64,000 nt of DNA, from NCBI GenBank assembly GCA_904419745.1, contig CAJFSS010000007.1:1-64000 (forward strand). Reading direction: 5' to 3'. A program made the position numbers and the translations under genes. The stretch comes from Candidatus Pseudoruminococcus merdavium (lineage in GTDB: Bacteria; Bacillota; Clostridia; Oscillospirales; Ruminococcaceae). Below, one piece after another: positions 1 through 8,946 of this stretch (positions are counted from its first letter, which is position 1; every line of letters begins with the position of its first letter). The notes under the pieces were generated by a model. That model was not told the origin of the DNA. It saw nothing but the letters and a program-made list of their open reading frames with translations, and searched no databases.

Positions 1-267
1 TACAAATGGTTCGTCCATTCACATAGAGGTTTCTTATTTCCCGTTCACTTGGCATAGGTTAGTATTTTCGTAATACTTCTTTATGCTCCTCTGCCATTCT
101 CGAAGGAGGTTTTATTGTCCTGTTCTCCTCCGAGAACATATGCTTTTTCTAAAGGCAGCGCTTTAGAAATGTTTTACATTAATATAATTTCATATTCTAC
201 TTAAATTGTCAATAGTTTTTTAGTTTTGTGACCAAAAATCTATGTTAAAAACAGCTGTCTTATGAAA

Positions 268-309
268 ATCATAACAGGGTGGAGGGAATTCCCTCCACCC
301 TGTTATGAT
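268..309. terminator. A 42 bp perfect palindrome, atcataacagggtggagggaattccctccaccctgttatgat, lying just downstream of msrA on the minus strand. Probably a bidirectional terminator or structural hairpin.
   Basis: Read directly from the sequence: the reverse complement of 268..309 equals itself. It sits 20 bp after the msrA stop codon. Confidence 0.6.
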
Positions 310-328
310 GATACGCACACGCAATCTC

Positions 329-850
329 TTATTTTTCTCCCTTGGGTTTCACCTGCTTGACCTGTTCCAGTTTAGCAGGGGCAATGTGGCAGTATCCGCC
401 GGGGTTTTTATCCAGATACTTCTGATGGTATTCTTCTGCACGGGAAAAATTTTCAAGCGGTTTTGCCTCCACAGCCACCGGCTTGTCACAGCGCGCCTGA
501 AGACCGCAAAGGGACTGCCGAATAACTGGAAAATCTTTTTCTTCTACATAGTAAATACCGGTACGGTATTGACTTCCAATATCCCCTCCCTGCCGATTGA
601 TTGAAGTTGGATTGATAGCATCATAATACAGTTCCAATAATTCCGCAAGGGATACTTGCTGTGCGTCATAAATGACATGCACGGTTTCTGCATGTCCGGT
701 TCCACAGTTGCAAACTTCTTGATAAGTGGGATTTTGCGTGCTCCCATTGGCATATCCGACTTCTGTTTCCAAAACACCTTGCACATTATCTAAATATTTC
801 TGCGTACCCCAAAAACAGCCGCCCGCAAGATATATTTCGCGTTTTTTCAT
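329..850 (-). CDS. msrA: peptide-methionine (S)-S-oxide reductase MsrA
   Basis: 173 aa with the GCFWG catalytic motif near the N-terminus (MKKREIYLAGGCFWGTQKYL...). The whole protein looks like MsrA. Confidence 0.9.
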   Translation of the reverse strand: MKKREIYLAGGCFWGTQKYLDNVQGVLETEVGYANGSTQNPTYQEVCNCGTGHAETVHVIYDAQQVSLAELLELYYDAINPTSINRQGGDIGSQYRTGIYYVEEKDFPVIRQSLCGLQARCDKPVAVEAKPLENFSRAEEYHQKYLDKNPGGYCHIAPAKLEQVKQVKPKGEK

Positions 851-956
851 TTTGTTTTCTCTCCTGTCCTTTTATCATTGCTCTGTAAAGTATGGCAGTT
901 TACTAATTAGTATTTGTATTATATCACAAAATCCGCCCGCTATCTATCTGGGCAGA

Positions 957-985
957 TTGACAAAACCCTTTCTCCCATGTAAAAT
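957..985 (+). promoter_or_regulatory. sigma-A-type promoter for feoAB: TTGACA, a 17 bp spacer, then TAAAAT
   Basis: TTGACA at 957..962 and TAAAAT at 980..985, about 90 bp upstream of the feoA start codon. Confidence 0.5.
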
Positions 986-1031
986 GATAGCTGTGGATAA
1001 CATTTTGTCCACCTTCTTTTTTACAATTAAT

Positions 1032-1047
1032 GTTAGTCTAAACTAAC
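1032..1047. promoter_or_regulatory. Candidate operator, the inverted repeat GTTAG-TCTAAA-CTAAC, in the feoAB 5' UTR
   Basis: Perfect 5 bp inverted repeat with a 6 bp spacer, lying between the predicted promoter and the feoA start codon. The same motif is found at 33773..33788, and with one mismatch at 29519..29534. Confidence 0.45.
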
Positions 1048-1074
1048 AAAAGAGTGTGGAAGGGGAAACATCAA

Positions 1075-1308
1075 ATGACACTGGACCAAATCAAGCCGGG
1101 AGAATCCGGGACGATTACCCAAGTAGCAGGGGAAGGACTTTTGCGCCGCCGTCTGCTTGATATGGGGCTTACTCCTAAAACCCGAGTGTCCGTACGCAAA
1201 GTCGCTCCAATGGGAGATCCCATTGAACTGATGCTGCGCGGGTATGTGTTGACAATTCGCAAGGAGGAAGCTGCCAAAATTACCGTAAGAAAGGAGACAT
1301 CCCGATGA
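1075..1308 (+). CDS. feoA: ferrous iron transport protein A (FeoA)
   Basis: 77 aa with an FeoA/SH3-like fold pattern (MTLDQIKPGESGTITQVAGEG...RLLDMGLTPKTRVSV...). Ribosome-binding site GGAAGGGGAAAC. The stop overlaps the feoB start as ATGA. Confidence 0.85.
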   Translation: MTLDQIKPGESGTITQVAGEGLLRRRLLDMGLTPKTRVSVRKVAPMGDPIELMLRGYVLTIRKEEAAKITVRKETSR

Positions 1309-3410
1309 GCAGTCCCACAATTACATCGCAGACACATGCTTCCCAGGAAGCGGGGAAACATCGCCGCCATACAACAGAGCTTTTGCAGAAAAATCTTCTC
1401 TTTGCACTGGCGGGAAACCAAAACTCTGGAAAAACCACTTTATTCAATGCTCTAACCGGGAGCAATCAGCATGTGGGCAACTTCCCCGGCGTTACGGTAG
1501 AACGAAAAGACGGTGCGATGAAGGGGCACAGAGAGGCGGTTGTCGTTGACTTGCCGGGGATTTACTCGCTTTCCCCCTATACCTCAGAGGAAATTGTTAC
1601 CAGAGATTTCTTAATTAAAGATCACCCGGATGCCATTATCAACATCGTGGATGCCACCAATATTGAGAGAAATCTCTATTTAAGCCTTCAGCTCATGGAA
1701 CTTTCCATTCCCATGGTGATTGCGCTGAACATGATGGATGAAGTCCGTGCCAGCGGAAACTCCATTGATGTACAAAAACTTTCGGAACTGCTTGGCATCC
1801 CGGTTGTCCCCATCTCAGCAAGCAAAGGGGAAGGCATTGATGAACTCACCGAAATTGCCCTGCGTACAGCCAGACAGGGAATCCCGCCCAAAAAGATGGA
1901 TTTCTGCACGGGGGAAGTTCATAAGGCCATCCATGCCATTGCGCATGTTATTGAAGAACAAGCCCAGGAATACGGTTATCCCCTGCGTTTTGCTGCCACG
2001 AAACTGGTGGAAGGGGATGAACCGACCATGCAGGCGCTGCACGTCACAGAAAATCAACGGGATATTCTGGGACATGTCATTGATGATATGGAAGCCGCGC
2101 TGGATACCGATCGAGAGGCTGCCCTGGCGGATATGCGCTACAATTTTATCGAAAACCTCTGTGCCAAATGTGTGGTCAAACGACATGAAACACATGAACA
2201 GGTGCGCAGTGAAAAAATAGATAGGATTTTAACCCACAAATACCTGGGCATCCCCATTTTCTTTGTCATTATGCTGGTAGTGTTTTGGCTCACATTCGGT
2301 GTAGTGGGGAGTTTCCTCAGCGGCCTGTTTGAATCCGGAGTGAACTTCCTTGTGGACAGTCTTTCCTCTCTGCTTACTCATATTGGCGTCAGCGATTGGA
2401 TGCATTCGCTGGTTATTGATGGAATCTGTGCCGGCGTGGGGAGTGTGCTCTCCTTCTTGCCAGTCATTGTCCTGTTGTTTTTCTTCCTATCCCTGCTCGA
2501 AGACAGCGGATATATGGCACGTGTAGCATTTGTCATGGATAAACTGTTGAGAAAAATTGGACTTTCCGGACGTTCCTTTGTTCCCATGCTCATCGGATTT
2601 GGCTGCAGTGTCCCTGCTATTATGGCAACCCGTACCCTTTCCAGCGAGCGTGACCGGAAAATGACGATTGTGCTCACCCCTTTTATGTCATGCAGCGCAA
2701 AACTTCCCATTTATGGGATGTTTACTATGGCGTTTTTTCCAAATCATGCTGGTATTGTTATGATCTCCGTATATATTATTGGGATTATAGTGGCAATCCT
2801 TTCCGGGCTTTTGCTCAAAAACACAGTTTTCCGTGGAAAGCCTGTCCCCTTTGTCATGGAACTCCCCGCTTATAGAATCCCATCTGCCAAAAGTGTTTTG
2901 CTCCACATGTGGGAAAAAGCGAAAGACTTTATCCGCAAAGCATTTACCATCATTTTTCTCGCTTCCATGGTTATCTGGTTTTTGCAGAGTTTTGACTGGT
3001 CGTTTAACCTGGTAACTGATAATACTACCAGCATGCTCGCTTCCATTGGCAAATTCATTGCCCCTATCTTTACTCCACTTGGCTTTGCAGATTGGCGTGC
3101 ATCCACCGCACTGATTACTGGAATTACAGCAAAAGAAACCGTTGTCAGCACCTTTACCGTTTTGACCGGTGCTTCCACTAACGCTGAACTTACCACCATG
3201 TTGCACATGGTATTCCCTTCTACACTGACTGCTTTCTCTTTCCTGGTATTCACAGTGCTGTACATGCCCTGTATTGCAGCATTTGCTGCTTCCCGGAGAG
3301 AACTCGGTTCTATGAAGAGTGCTCTTGGCACCGCATTGTTCCAAACTTCCATGGCTTATCTGGTTTCCCTTGTGATCTTCCAAGTTGGAAGGTTGATTCT
3401 GGGAATATGA
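1305..3410 (+). CDS. feoB: ferrous iron transport protein B (FeoB)
   Basis: 701 aa. N-terminal G-domain with the G1 motif GNQNSGKTTLFNALTG, followed by a polytopic membrane domain typical of FeoB. Confidence 0.95.
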   Translation: MSSPTITSQTHASQEAGKHRRHTTELLQKNLLFALAGNQNSGKTTLFNALTGSNQHVGNFPGVTVERKDGAMKGHREAVVVDLPGIYSLSPYTSEEIVTRDFLIKDHPDAIINIVDATNIERNLYLSLQLMELSIPMVIALNMMDEVRASGNSIDVQKLSELLGIPVVPISASKGEGIDELTEIALRTARQGIPPKKMDFCTGEVHKAIHAIAHVIEEQAQEYGYPLRFAATKLVEGDEPTMQALHVTENQRDILGHVIDDMEAALDTDREAALADMRYNFIENLCAKCVVKRHETHEQVRSEKIDRILTHKYLGIPIFFVIMLVVFWLTFGVVGSFLSGLFESGVNFLVDSLSSLLTHIGVSDWMHSLVIDGICAGVGSVLSFLPVIVLLFFFLSLLEDSGYMARVAFVMDKLLRKIGLSGRSFVPMLIGFGCSVPAIMATRTLSSERDRKMTIVLTPFMSCSAKLPIYGMFTMAFFPNHAGIVMISVYIIGIIVAILSGLLLKNTVFRGKPVPFVMELPAYRIPSAKSVLLHMWEKAKDFIRKAFTIIFLASMVIWFLQSFDWSFNLVTDNTTSMLASIGKFIAPIFTPLGFADWRASTALITGITAKETVVSTFTVLTGASTNAELTTMLHMVFPSTLTAFSFLVFTVLYMPCIAAFAASRRELGSMKSALGTALFQTSMAYLVSLVIFQVGRLILGI

Positions 3411-3425
3411 GGAGGGAGAAATAAA

Positions 3426-3632
3426 GTGAATCTGGCAGATTTTTTTCTCCTTATTTTGCTGCTGTCCGCTGTTGCCGCGGTCCTGTTCTTCCAACGGAAA
3501 GGTAGGCATTCCAGCGGCTGTACGGGATGTTCCGGATGCAGTGGATGTTCCGCAAAGCACGGCATCCACTGTAAAAAAGTGCCTTCTCCCCAAAAAACGG
3601 GAAAGCCTTTTCAAAACGCTTCCCGGCAGTAA
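3426..3632 (+). CDS. FeoB-associated Cys-rich small membrane protein
   Basis: 68 aa: an N-terminal transmembrane helix followed by GCTGCSGCSGCS. It lies immediately downstream of feoB, matching the 'FeoB-associated Cys-rich membrane protein' family architecture. The true C-terminus may be earlier than this stop. Confidence 0.6.
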   Translation: MNLADFFLLILLLSAVAAVLFFQRKGRHSSGCTGCSGCSGCSAKHGIHCKKVPSPQKTGKPFQNASRQ

Positions 3633-3649
3633 CTGCAATGCTGAAAAGA

Positions 3650-3696
3650 AGACAACCCCTCAGCCTGACTTGAAGAAGCTGAGGGGTTGCTTTTTG
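3650..3696. terminator. Bidirectional intrinsic terminator: hairpin aacccctcagc...gctgaggggtt followed by GCTTTTT
   Basis: An 11 bp stem with a T-run. It lies between the convergent feoB-associated gene (+) and a lipoprotein gene (-). Confidence 0.8.
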
Positions 3697-4428
3697 CTAT
3701 GATAAAGCTTTCAGATTCGTATTCAAAAAATCTTCTGTCTGTTTCTCTTGGCCTTCAATATAAGTGAAAATAAATGCGGTCATCAGCTGCCCTTGTTTGC
3801 GCAAAATGTAGTCCTGGCAGAGATGCCTTCCACCATCCAATTCTAAAGCCGTCACCTTGAACGGCAACACCAAATACTCTTTCCCATGTAGCTGAATGGA
3901 GTAGGTAGCCCCCGCTTGATACCCAAGATCACTGAGCTGTTCCATCTGTCCTTTGAGGACTTGAGCATACTCTTCTTCTGAAAGATTGGAAGCCCCTTTT
4001 GTCAAACCCAAATTCTCCACCGCCAACTGAAACCCGTTCGTACCGTCCTCACTGGTGGTCAGGAAATCATTCACAGATTTTTCGCGGGAGTAATCGTAAT
4101 TTTTCTTCTGTTCTTCTGTGAGTGCAGCATATCCCGCGTCCATGGTCTCCATAATTTCCTCATCTGTTGCAGCAGTCCAGCCCTCCGGCATGGTATAGAC
4201 AAATCCCAGGGATTCATTGGTATAGGTATTCCCCTCCCAGGTTCCTCTATGATATACTACCGATTCAGAACCAGAGGAATTCTCCTGCTGCTCCTGTGGC
4301 ACTAACGCCCCACTGCTGACAGGTTCGGAGGAAAAATCCTCCTCGCTTTTGGAGCCGCATCCACTAAGCATTGTCAGCGAAAAAAAAGCAGCCATTAAAA
4401 ATAGGACGATTCGTTTTCCCTTTTTCAT
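3697..4428 (-). CDS. lipoprotein of unknown function (copy 1 of a tandem paralog pair)
   Basis: 243 aa with a signal peptide and the lipobox LSGC (MKKGKRIVLFLMAAFFSLTMLSGCGSK). It shares a block with the ORF at 4493..5149: RGTWEGNxYTNExLxFxYTMPxGWTAxxDxxxMxxxxxGYAALTEEQKKxYDYSxxKxVxDF. Confidence 0.75.
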   Translation of the reverse strand: MKKGKRIVLFLMAAFFSLTMLSGCGSKSEEDFSSEPVSSGALVPQEQQENSSGSESVVYHRGTWEGNTYTNESLGFVYTMPEGWTAATDEEIMETMDAGYAALTEEQKKNYDYSREKSVNDFLTTSEDGTNGFQLAVENLGLTKGASNLSEEEYAQVLKGQMEQLSDLGYQAGATYSIQLHGKEYLVLPFKVTALELDGGRHLCQDYILRKQGQLMTAFIFTYIEGQEKQTEDFLNTNLKALS

Positions 4429-4492
4429 TTTTCATTCTATTCCTTTCCATATCCTCTTCCTATTGCCCCTTGGTTTTTTCAGAAATCATCCG

Positions 4493-5149
4493 TCATAATT
4501 TCCCACCGGTTTCCTGTTGTAAAGGCTGTAAGCTCTCAGACAGCATCTGCTCAAAGTCATCCTGTTCACTTTCCAAAAAGACCCCGGTAAAAATGGCCAT
4601 TAGCTTGCCTGCCTTATGGATATAATAATTCTGGCATGGGCGTTCGCCATCCACGGTCGGGGTTTCCACCACCACCGGCAGTACCAGAAAGGCACAATCA
4701 TAGAGCTCCGTAGTATATGGCTCTCCGACCGTATAGGTCATACTGGTGATCTTTTGCAGCTGCTCCCTGAGCGACTGTGCATATTCCACTTCTTTCATCG
4801 AACTGGCCCCCGCTGTCATGGAGAGATTTTCCACCATCAGCTGAAGACTGGACATCCCATTTTCTTCAGAAACCATAAAATCATAAACAGTCTTGTTTTT
4901 GGAGTAATCATAGTCTTTTTTCTGTTCTTCTGTCAACGCCGCATAGCCACTGCTAATCAAATCCATCAGTGCATCATCCGATTTTGCCGTCCAACCATCC
5001 GGCATAGTATAGGTAAAACACAAGGTTTCATTTGTATAGAGATTCCCTTCCCAAGTTCCTCTAGTGTAGACGGTTTTAGATGTGCAACTGGAACAACAAA
5101 AGAGTACCATCAATACAGCGGCAAAAGAAATTAACTGTTTCATATACAC
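4493..5149 (-). CDS. lipoprotein of unknown function (copy 2 of the tandem pair)
   Basis: 218 aa with a signal peptide and a Cys-containing lipobox-like end (...LFCCSSCTSK). Clear homology to 3697..4428 over the mature domain. Confidence 0.75.
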   Translation of the reverse strand: MYMKQLISFAAVLMVLFCCSSCTSKTVYTRGTWEGNLYTNETLCFTYTMPDGWTAKSDDALMDLISSGYAALTEEQKKDYDYSKNKTVYDFMVSEENGMSSLQLMVENLSMTAGASSMKEVEYAQSLREQLQKITSMTYTVGEPYTTELYDCAFLVLPVVVETPTVDGERPCQNYYIHKAGKLMAIFTGVFLESEQDDFEQMLSESLQPLQQETGGKL

Positions 5150-5241
5150 TCCTTTTTAAGAAAGTAGACTGTTTTTATGATAGCACGGAATGGGAAAGGC
5201 TGCAACCTTTCTGACCAGGATCGATTTTCTTCGACTTCTTT

Positions 5242-5772
5242 TTAAATTCCCATACTTTCCGTCATTTCATATGCTTTTTGAAGATAAACTGTTACCTGAG
5301 CAGGTGTTTTTAGAACAAGGGTTTTTTGTGGATACTGTCTCCGTATTTTCAAAAAAGCCTCCCGTTTTTTCTTGTTTCTTCCCCTGAAAAGAACCCAGTG
5401 GACAAATTCCATATCCAGTTTTTCTTCACATCCTTCCGCCATACTTTCTCTTACATTTCCCCTGTTTTGTCGATAGCGCTTCCACACTCGGTACAAACAG
5501 CGCAACCTGCCAAAAGGAAGCAATAGAATTTGATCCGCTTGTTCCAAGAGCTCAAGCTGATAAAAACCGGAGTAATTCCCATCTATCACCCAATCCGGTT
5601 GGCTCATAAACTCGGCAACCATCTCCTTTGCCTGTTCTCGTGGACGTATTTTCCATCCCGGAAGAAACTGCACTGCGTCCAGATGAAGTACCGGAATCTG
5701 ATATAGCTTTCCAAGCTGTGCAGCCAAAGTGGATTTTCCCGCCCCGCTGTATCCAAGTACTGCAATTTTCAT
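5242..5772 (-). CDS. P-loop NTPase, topology-modulation / adenylate-kinase-like AAA ATPase
   Basis: 176 aa with a Walker A motif, GYSGAGKSTLA. Ribosome-binding site AAGGAGGAAAGAAG. Confidence 0.7.
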   Translation of the reverse strand: MKIAVLGYSGAGKSTLAAQLGKLYQIPVLHLDAVQFLPGWKIRPREQAKEMVAEFMSQPDWVIDGNYSGFYQLELLEQADQILLLPFGRLRCLYRVWKRYRQNRGNVRESMAEGCEEKLDMEFVHWVLFRGRNKKKREAFLKIRRQYPQKTLVLKTPAQVTVYLQKAYEMTESMGI

Positions 5773-5851
5773 CTTCTTTCCTCCTTATCTGTAAACCAAC
5801 AGCCCCCACGCCAATTGCATGGGGGCTGTTTCTTAGCATATCATCCAATGC

Positions 5852-7270
5852 TTATTCTTTCAAGTCCTGTTCCTTTTTTTCGTTCTCCTGAACTTCTTCT
5901 TTTTCAGGGGTTTCTTTCTGTTTTCCAAGATATTCCGGAAGCTCCATTCCCGCCATCTCAAACATTTCCTTCATTGGAGGGACGGATTTCATCATACTGG
6001 AAAGGAAGTTTGAAGTAGTGGAAGAACCGTCTTTTCCATTCATACTGTCCCAGACAGTGACTTTGTCGATCTTCAGGTTCTTCACCGCATCCACCTGTAC
6101 TCGTGTAAGTTCTTCCAGTTTATCAGCAATCATCAGCTTCATCGCATCATTTGGATTACCTCCCGTTGCAGCGACAATCTGCGCAAGACCAGCCGCCTGA
6201 CGGGTCAGACGTTCCTGAACACCACGAGCTTCTGCTTCCATTTTCGCATAGATAGCGTCCGCTTCACCCTGTGCACGTCTGCGAATCTGTTCTGCTTCCG
6301 CTTCTGCTTCCAGCTCGACTTTTCTTTTTTCAATTTCCGTTTTAACAATGACGTCCGCTTCCAAAGCAGCCTGTTCACGGGCATATCTTGCCTGCTCCGC
6401 CTCTTTTTCTGCGGCGTAGGCTTCTTCCAGTGCCTTTGCGGACTGAATTTTTTCCGCCGCAGTTGCACGGCGCTTTGCATCGGACTGGCGCTCAATCAAA
6501 GTTGCGTTGGATTCTGCAATCTTCGCCTTGGATTCGTTTTCACCCTTGATAGCTTCGGAATCCGCAAAGGACACCTGAATACGCTGCTCTCTTCTCGCAT
6601 TTGCTTCACCAATAGCGCCAGAGCGGTCCGCTTCGGCCACCGAGATTTTTGCATCGTTAATGGCTTTTGCCGCCGCTTCTTTTCCCAGTGCGGCAATATA
6701 CCCAGACTCGTCAGAGATGTCCGTCACGTTGACGTTGATCAAACGCAGACCGATTTTTTTCAGTTCTGTTTCCACGTTACTGGAAACAGCGGCAAGGAAC
6801 TTATCGCGATCGGTGTTGATTTCCTCAATTTCCATAGTTGCAATCACCAGACGCAGCTGTCCAAAGATGATATCTTTTGCAAGTTCCTGTATTTCGTCAA
6901 GTTTTAACCCAAGCAGGCGTTCTGCTGCATTTTGCATCACACCCGGCTCCACAGAAATTCCCACCGTAAACCGGGATGGGACGTCAATTCGGATATTCTG
7001 CTTGGACAGTGCGTTTTTCAAATCGACTGAGATGGAAATCGGCGTCAGATCCAGAAATTCGTAGGATTGGATGACCGGAACAATAAACGCCGCGCCGCCG
7101 TGGATACATTTTGCGCTTCTGGATGTACCGTCCTTATTGGAACCCACTCGCCCGTATACGACAAGAATTTTATCGGACGGACACCGTTTATAACGGGAAA
7201 GGATGACAAGCAGGGTTGTCAAAAGCAATACCGCCACCACACTGATTAAAATAACTAGGATTGGATCCAT
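5852..7270 (-). CDS. flotillin / SPFH (band 7) family protein
   Basis: 472 aa: N-terminal membrane anchor, an SPFH domain, then a long Ala/Glu-rich coiled-coil (EAEAEAEQIRRRAQGEADA...) typical of FloT/YuaG-like flotillins. It overlaps the upstream nfeD stop. Confidence 0.9.
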   Translation of the reverse strand: MDPILVILISVVAVLLLTTLLVILSRYKRCPSDKILVVYGRVGSNKDGTSRSAKCIHGGAAFIVPVIQSYEFLDLTPISISVDLKNALSKQNIRIDVPSRFTVGISVEPGVMQNAAERLLGLKLDEIQELAKDIIFGQLRLVIATMEIEEINTDRDKFLAAVSSNVETELKKIGLRLINVNVTDISDESGYIAALGKEAAAKAINDAKISVAEADRSGAIGEANARREQRIQVSFADSEAIKGENESKAKIAESNATLIERQSDAKRRATAAEKIQSAKALEEAYAAEKEAEQARYAREQAALEADVIVKTEIEKRKVELEAEAEAEQIRRRAQGEADAIYAKMEAEARGVQERLTRQAAGLAQIVAATGGNPNDAMKLMIADKLEELTRVQVDAVKNLKIDKVTVWDSMNGKDGSSTTSNFLSSMMKSVPPMKEMFEMAGMELPEYLGKQKETPEKEEVQENEKKEQDLKE

Positions 7271-7953
7271 TTTGAAATACCTCCCTTAGATTCTTCCGGT
7301 GCCTGTTCCACCGGCTCCACTAATACTGTGTCCTCGTCCACAAGATCGCAGATTCGGACAAATGCCCCTGTTGGAATGAACTGTTTCGATGTGCCCGCTG
7401 CATCAAGTTCCACCAGCCTTTCCTGCAACATCACTGTTATTTTTCCCTGCCCTTTTCCGGCAGGCGGTATGGCTAGATAGACCTTTGCAAGTTTTCCTAC
7501 CGCATTTACAGGCTCCAGGTTTCCCTTATCCTGTAGCTGGTAAGCACCCCTCATCAGTAGGGCGATTCCCACCAGGGCCACATTACCTGCAACAAAGGCA
7601 AGCAACACGGCAAAAAAATTGCCAATATACTTGCTCAACAACAGGCCGGTCCAGCCCCCTACGGCAAAAAAAGCGACAATACCACGCACGGTAAACAGCC
7701 GCAGACCATCATGCGCATCCGTATTATGGGATGCTCCTTCTCCTTCCAAATGGCTATCCGGTATGTCCGAATGTCCATCGGAATCCAGGTCTGACCCATC
7801 AGCTGAATCCAGCTCTGGACTGTCTGCATCCGTACCAAACCCCAATCCAAGTAACAGCAATCCTGTCTGGATGAGCATTACCACGGTAGCAGCAATCGCA
7901 ATACAGGCAAATATCTGCTGGACAATTGTCAGGCTGTACCACCATTCCAACAT
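7255..7953 (-). CDS. NfeD-family membrane protein, the flotillin-associated partner
   Basis: 232 aa with multiple transmembrane helices and a C-terminal OB-fold-like segment (GKITVMLQERLVELDAAG...). The conserved NfeD-flotillin pairing supports the call. Confidence 0.8.
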   Translation of the reverse strand: MLEWWYSLTIVQQIFACIAIAATVVMLIQTGLLLLGLGFGTDADSPELDSADGSDLDSDGHSDIPDSHLEGEGASHNTDAHDGLRLFTVRGIVAFFAVGGWTGLLLSKYIGNFFAVLLAFVAGNVALVGIALLMRGAYQLQDKGNLEPVNAVGKLAKVYLAIPPAGKGQGKITVMLQERLVELDAAGTSKQFIPTGAFVRICDLVDEDTVLVEPVEQAPEESKGGISKWIQS

Positions 7954-8540
7954 TCAGATTCCCCCTTTCCAAGTACGGATGGGGGTGTTTCCAGTACCTG
8001 ACTGTATAGCCCATCCGCCTTTTTTTTAATAATGGAGGCGGCATAGTAAATTAAAATCACATGAATTCCGTCCATCAGCCGCCGTCTAGCTCCCGGCCAG
8101 GGTTCCTGGTAATCGGAAATTTCCTTCTCCACTAGGGCAAAAAATTCTTCTTCCGACAGGACCTCTTCAAAACTCACCTTGTCTAAAATCGAACACAGGT
8201 AACAATAGAGATCCGATTCGCTGACAATATTGTCCGATGCATCCTCCGTCCTGCCGTTGATAAAAGTAAGCAGAACGCTGATATGGTCTAGTTTCATGAC
8301 ATCCCGCAGCATATTGATAATCATAATACGCGCCAGATGATCCATGCTGTAGCGTTTTTCTACCGGTCGTGCAACCCACCCCCGGTTAATCCAGTTTTGA
8401 ATTGCCGGAGTATCAAGCCCGGTAATCTCACGCACCTGTGCAAGCATCAAACCCTTTGTCACTGCGAAAATAGAAAACAAAAAGCTCCTTGCATCCTGGC
8501 CGTTTCGTTCGATGACGGTTCCCGGAAAATAGGATTTCAT
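7929..8540 (-). CDS. HTH-containing protein, MerR-like helix-turn-helix, possibly DUF1836 family. First gene of the flotillin operon.
   Basis: HTH segment LMLAQVREITGLDTPAIQNWINRGWV. The start was set at the ATG preceded by AAAGGAGGGAAGG (8540). The ORF track's upstream extension has no ribosome-binding site. Confidence 0.55.
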   Translation of the reverse strand: MKSYFPGTVIERNGQDARSFLFSIFAVTKGLMLAQVREITGLDTPAIQNWINRGWVARPVEKRYSMDHLARIMIINMLRDVMKLDHISVLLTFINGRTEDASDNIVSESDLYCYLCSILDKVSFEEVLSEEEFFALVEKEISDYQEPWPGARRRLMDGIHVILIYYAASIIKKKADGLYSQVLETPPSVLGKGESECWNGGTA

Positions 8541-8904
8541 ACTGCCTTCCCTCCTTTGTTTTCCATTATATATCACATTCATTTGAATGTAAAATACAGT
8601 CTAACGATTATTATTTGCAATTAAAAGAATTTGATTCAACGGAAATACAATCAAGCACTCAATCTCCTGTTTACTCATTATTTCGCTTATTTTCTCTTGT
8701 TTTCTTAAAAAACATAAAAAATACTTTCCAGTTTTTTAAAGACTGTCTAACCAACTTCCCCTTTGCTTTTATAAAAAGCCATCGGTATCTTTTTGAAATT
8801 TTTATTCTGAATTGTAATCATTATCTATTATACCGTTACAAATAGAAAAGAGAAAGAAAAAAGCGGAAAATTACTCAAAAATTTTCGTAATCCAAAATTA
8901 GCAG

Positions 8905-8940
8905 AAAAAAACGGAAAGGAAAATCCTTTCCGTTTTTATA
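8905..8940. terminator. Intrinsic terminator downstream of clpX: acggaaagg-aaaat-cctttccgt followed by TTTTT
   Basis: A 9 bp perfect stem flanked by an A-run and a T-run. It lies 7 bp after the clpX stop. Confidence 0.8.
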
Positions 8941-8946
8941 ACTCTA

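Noticed and set aside
2688-3638. A 316-aa minus-strand ORF antisense to feoB. Other long antisense ORFs are similar: 54128..55066 opposite serS, 21191..22030 and 24053..25537 opposite the P-type ATPases, 41583..42005 opposite the Cys-rich gene, and 10961..11764 opposite tig.
   Set aside because: They lie opposite strongly supported genes. They have no ribosome-binding sites and low-complexity or implausible composition. The shadow ORF opposite the Cys-rich gene just mirrors the tandem repeat. Antisense artefacts like these are common in GC-balanced genomes.
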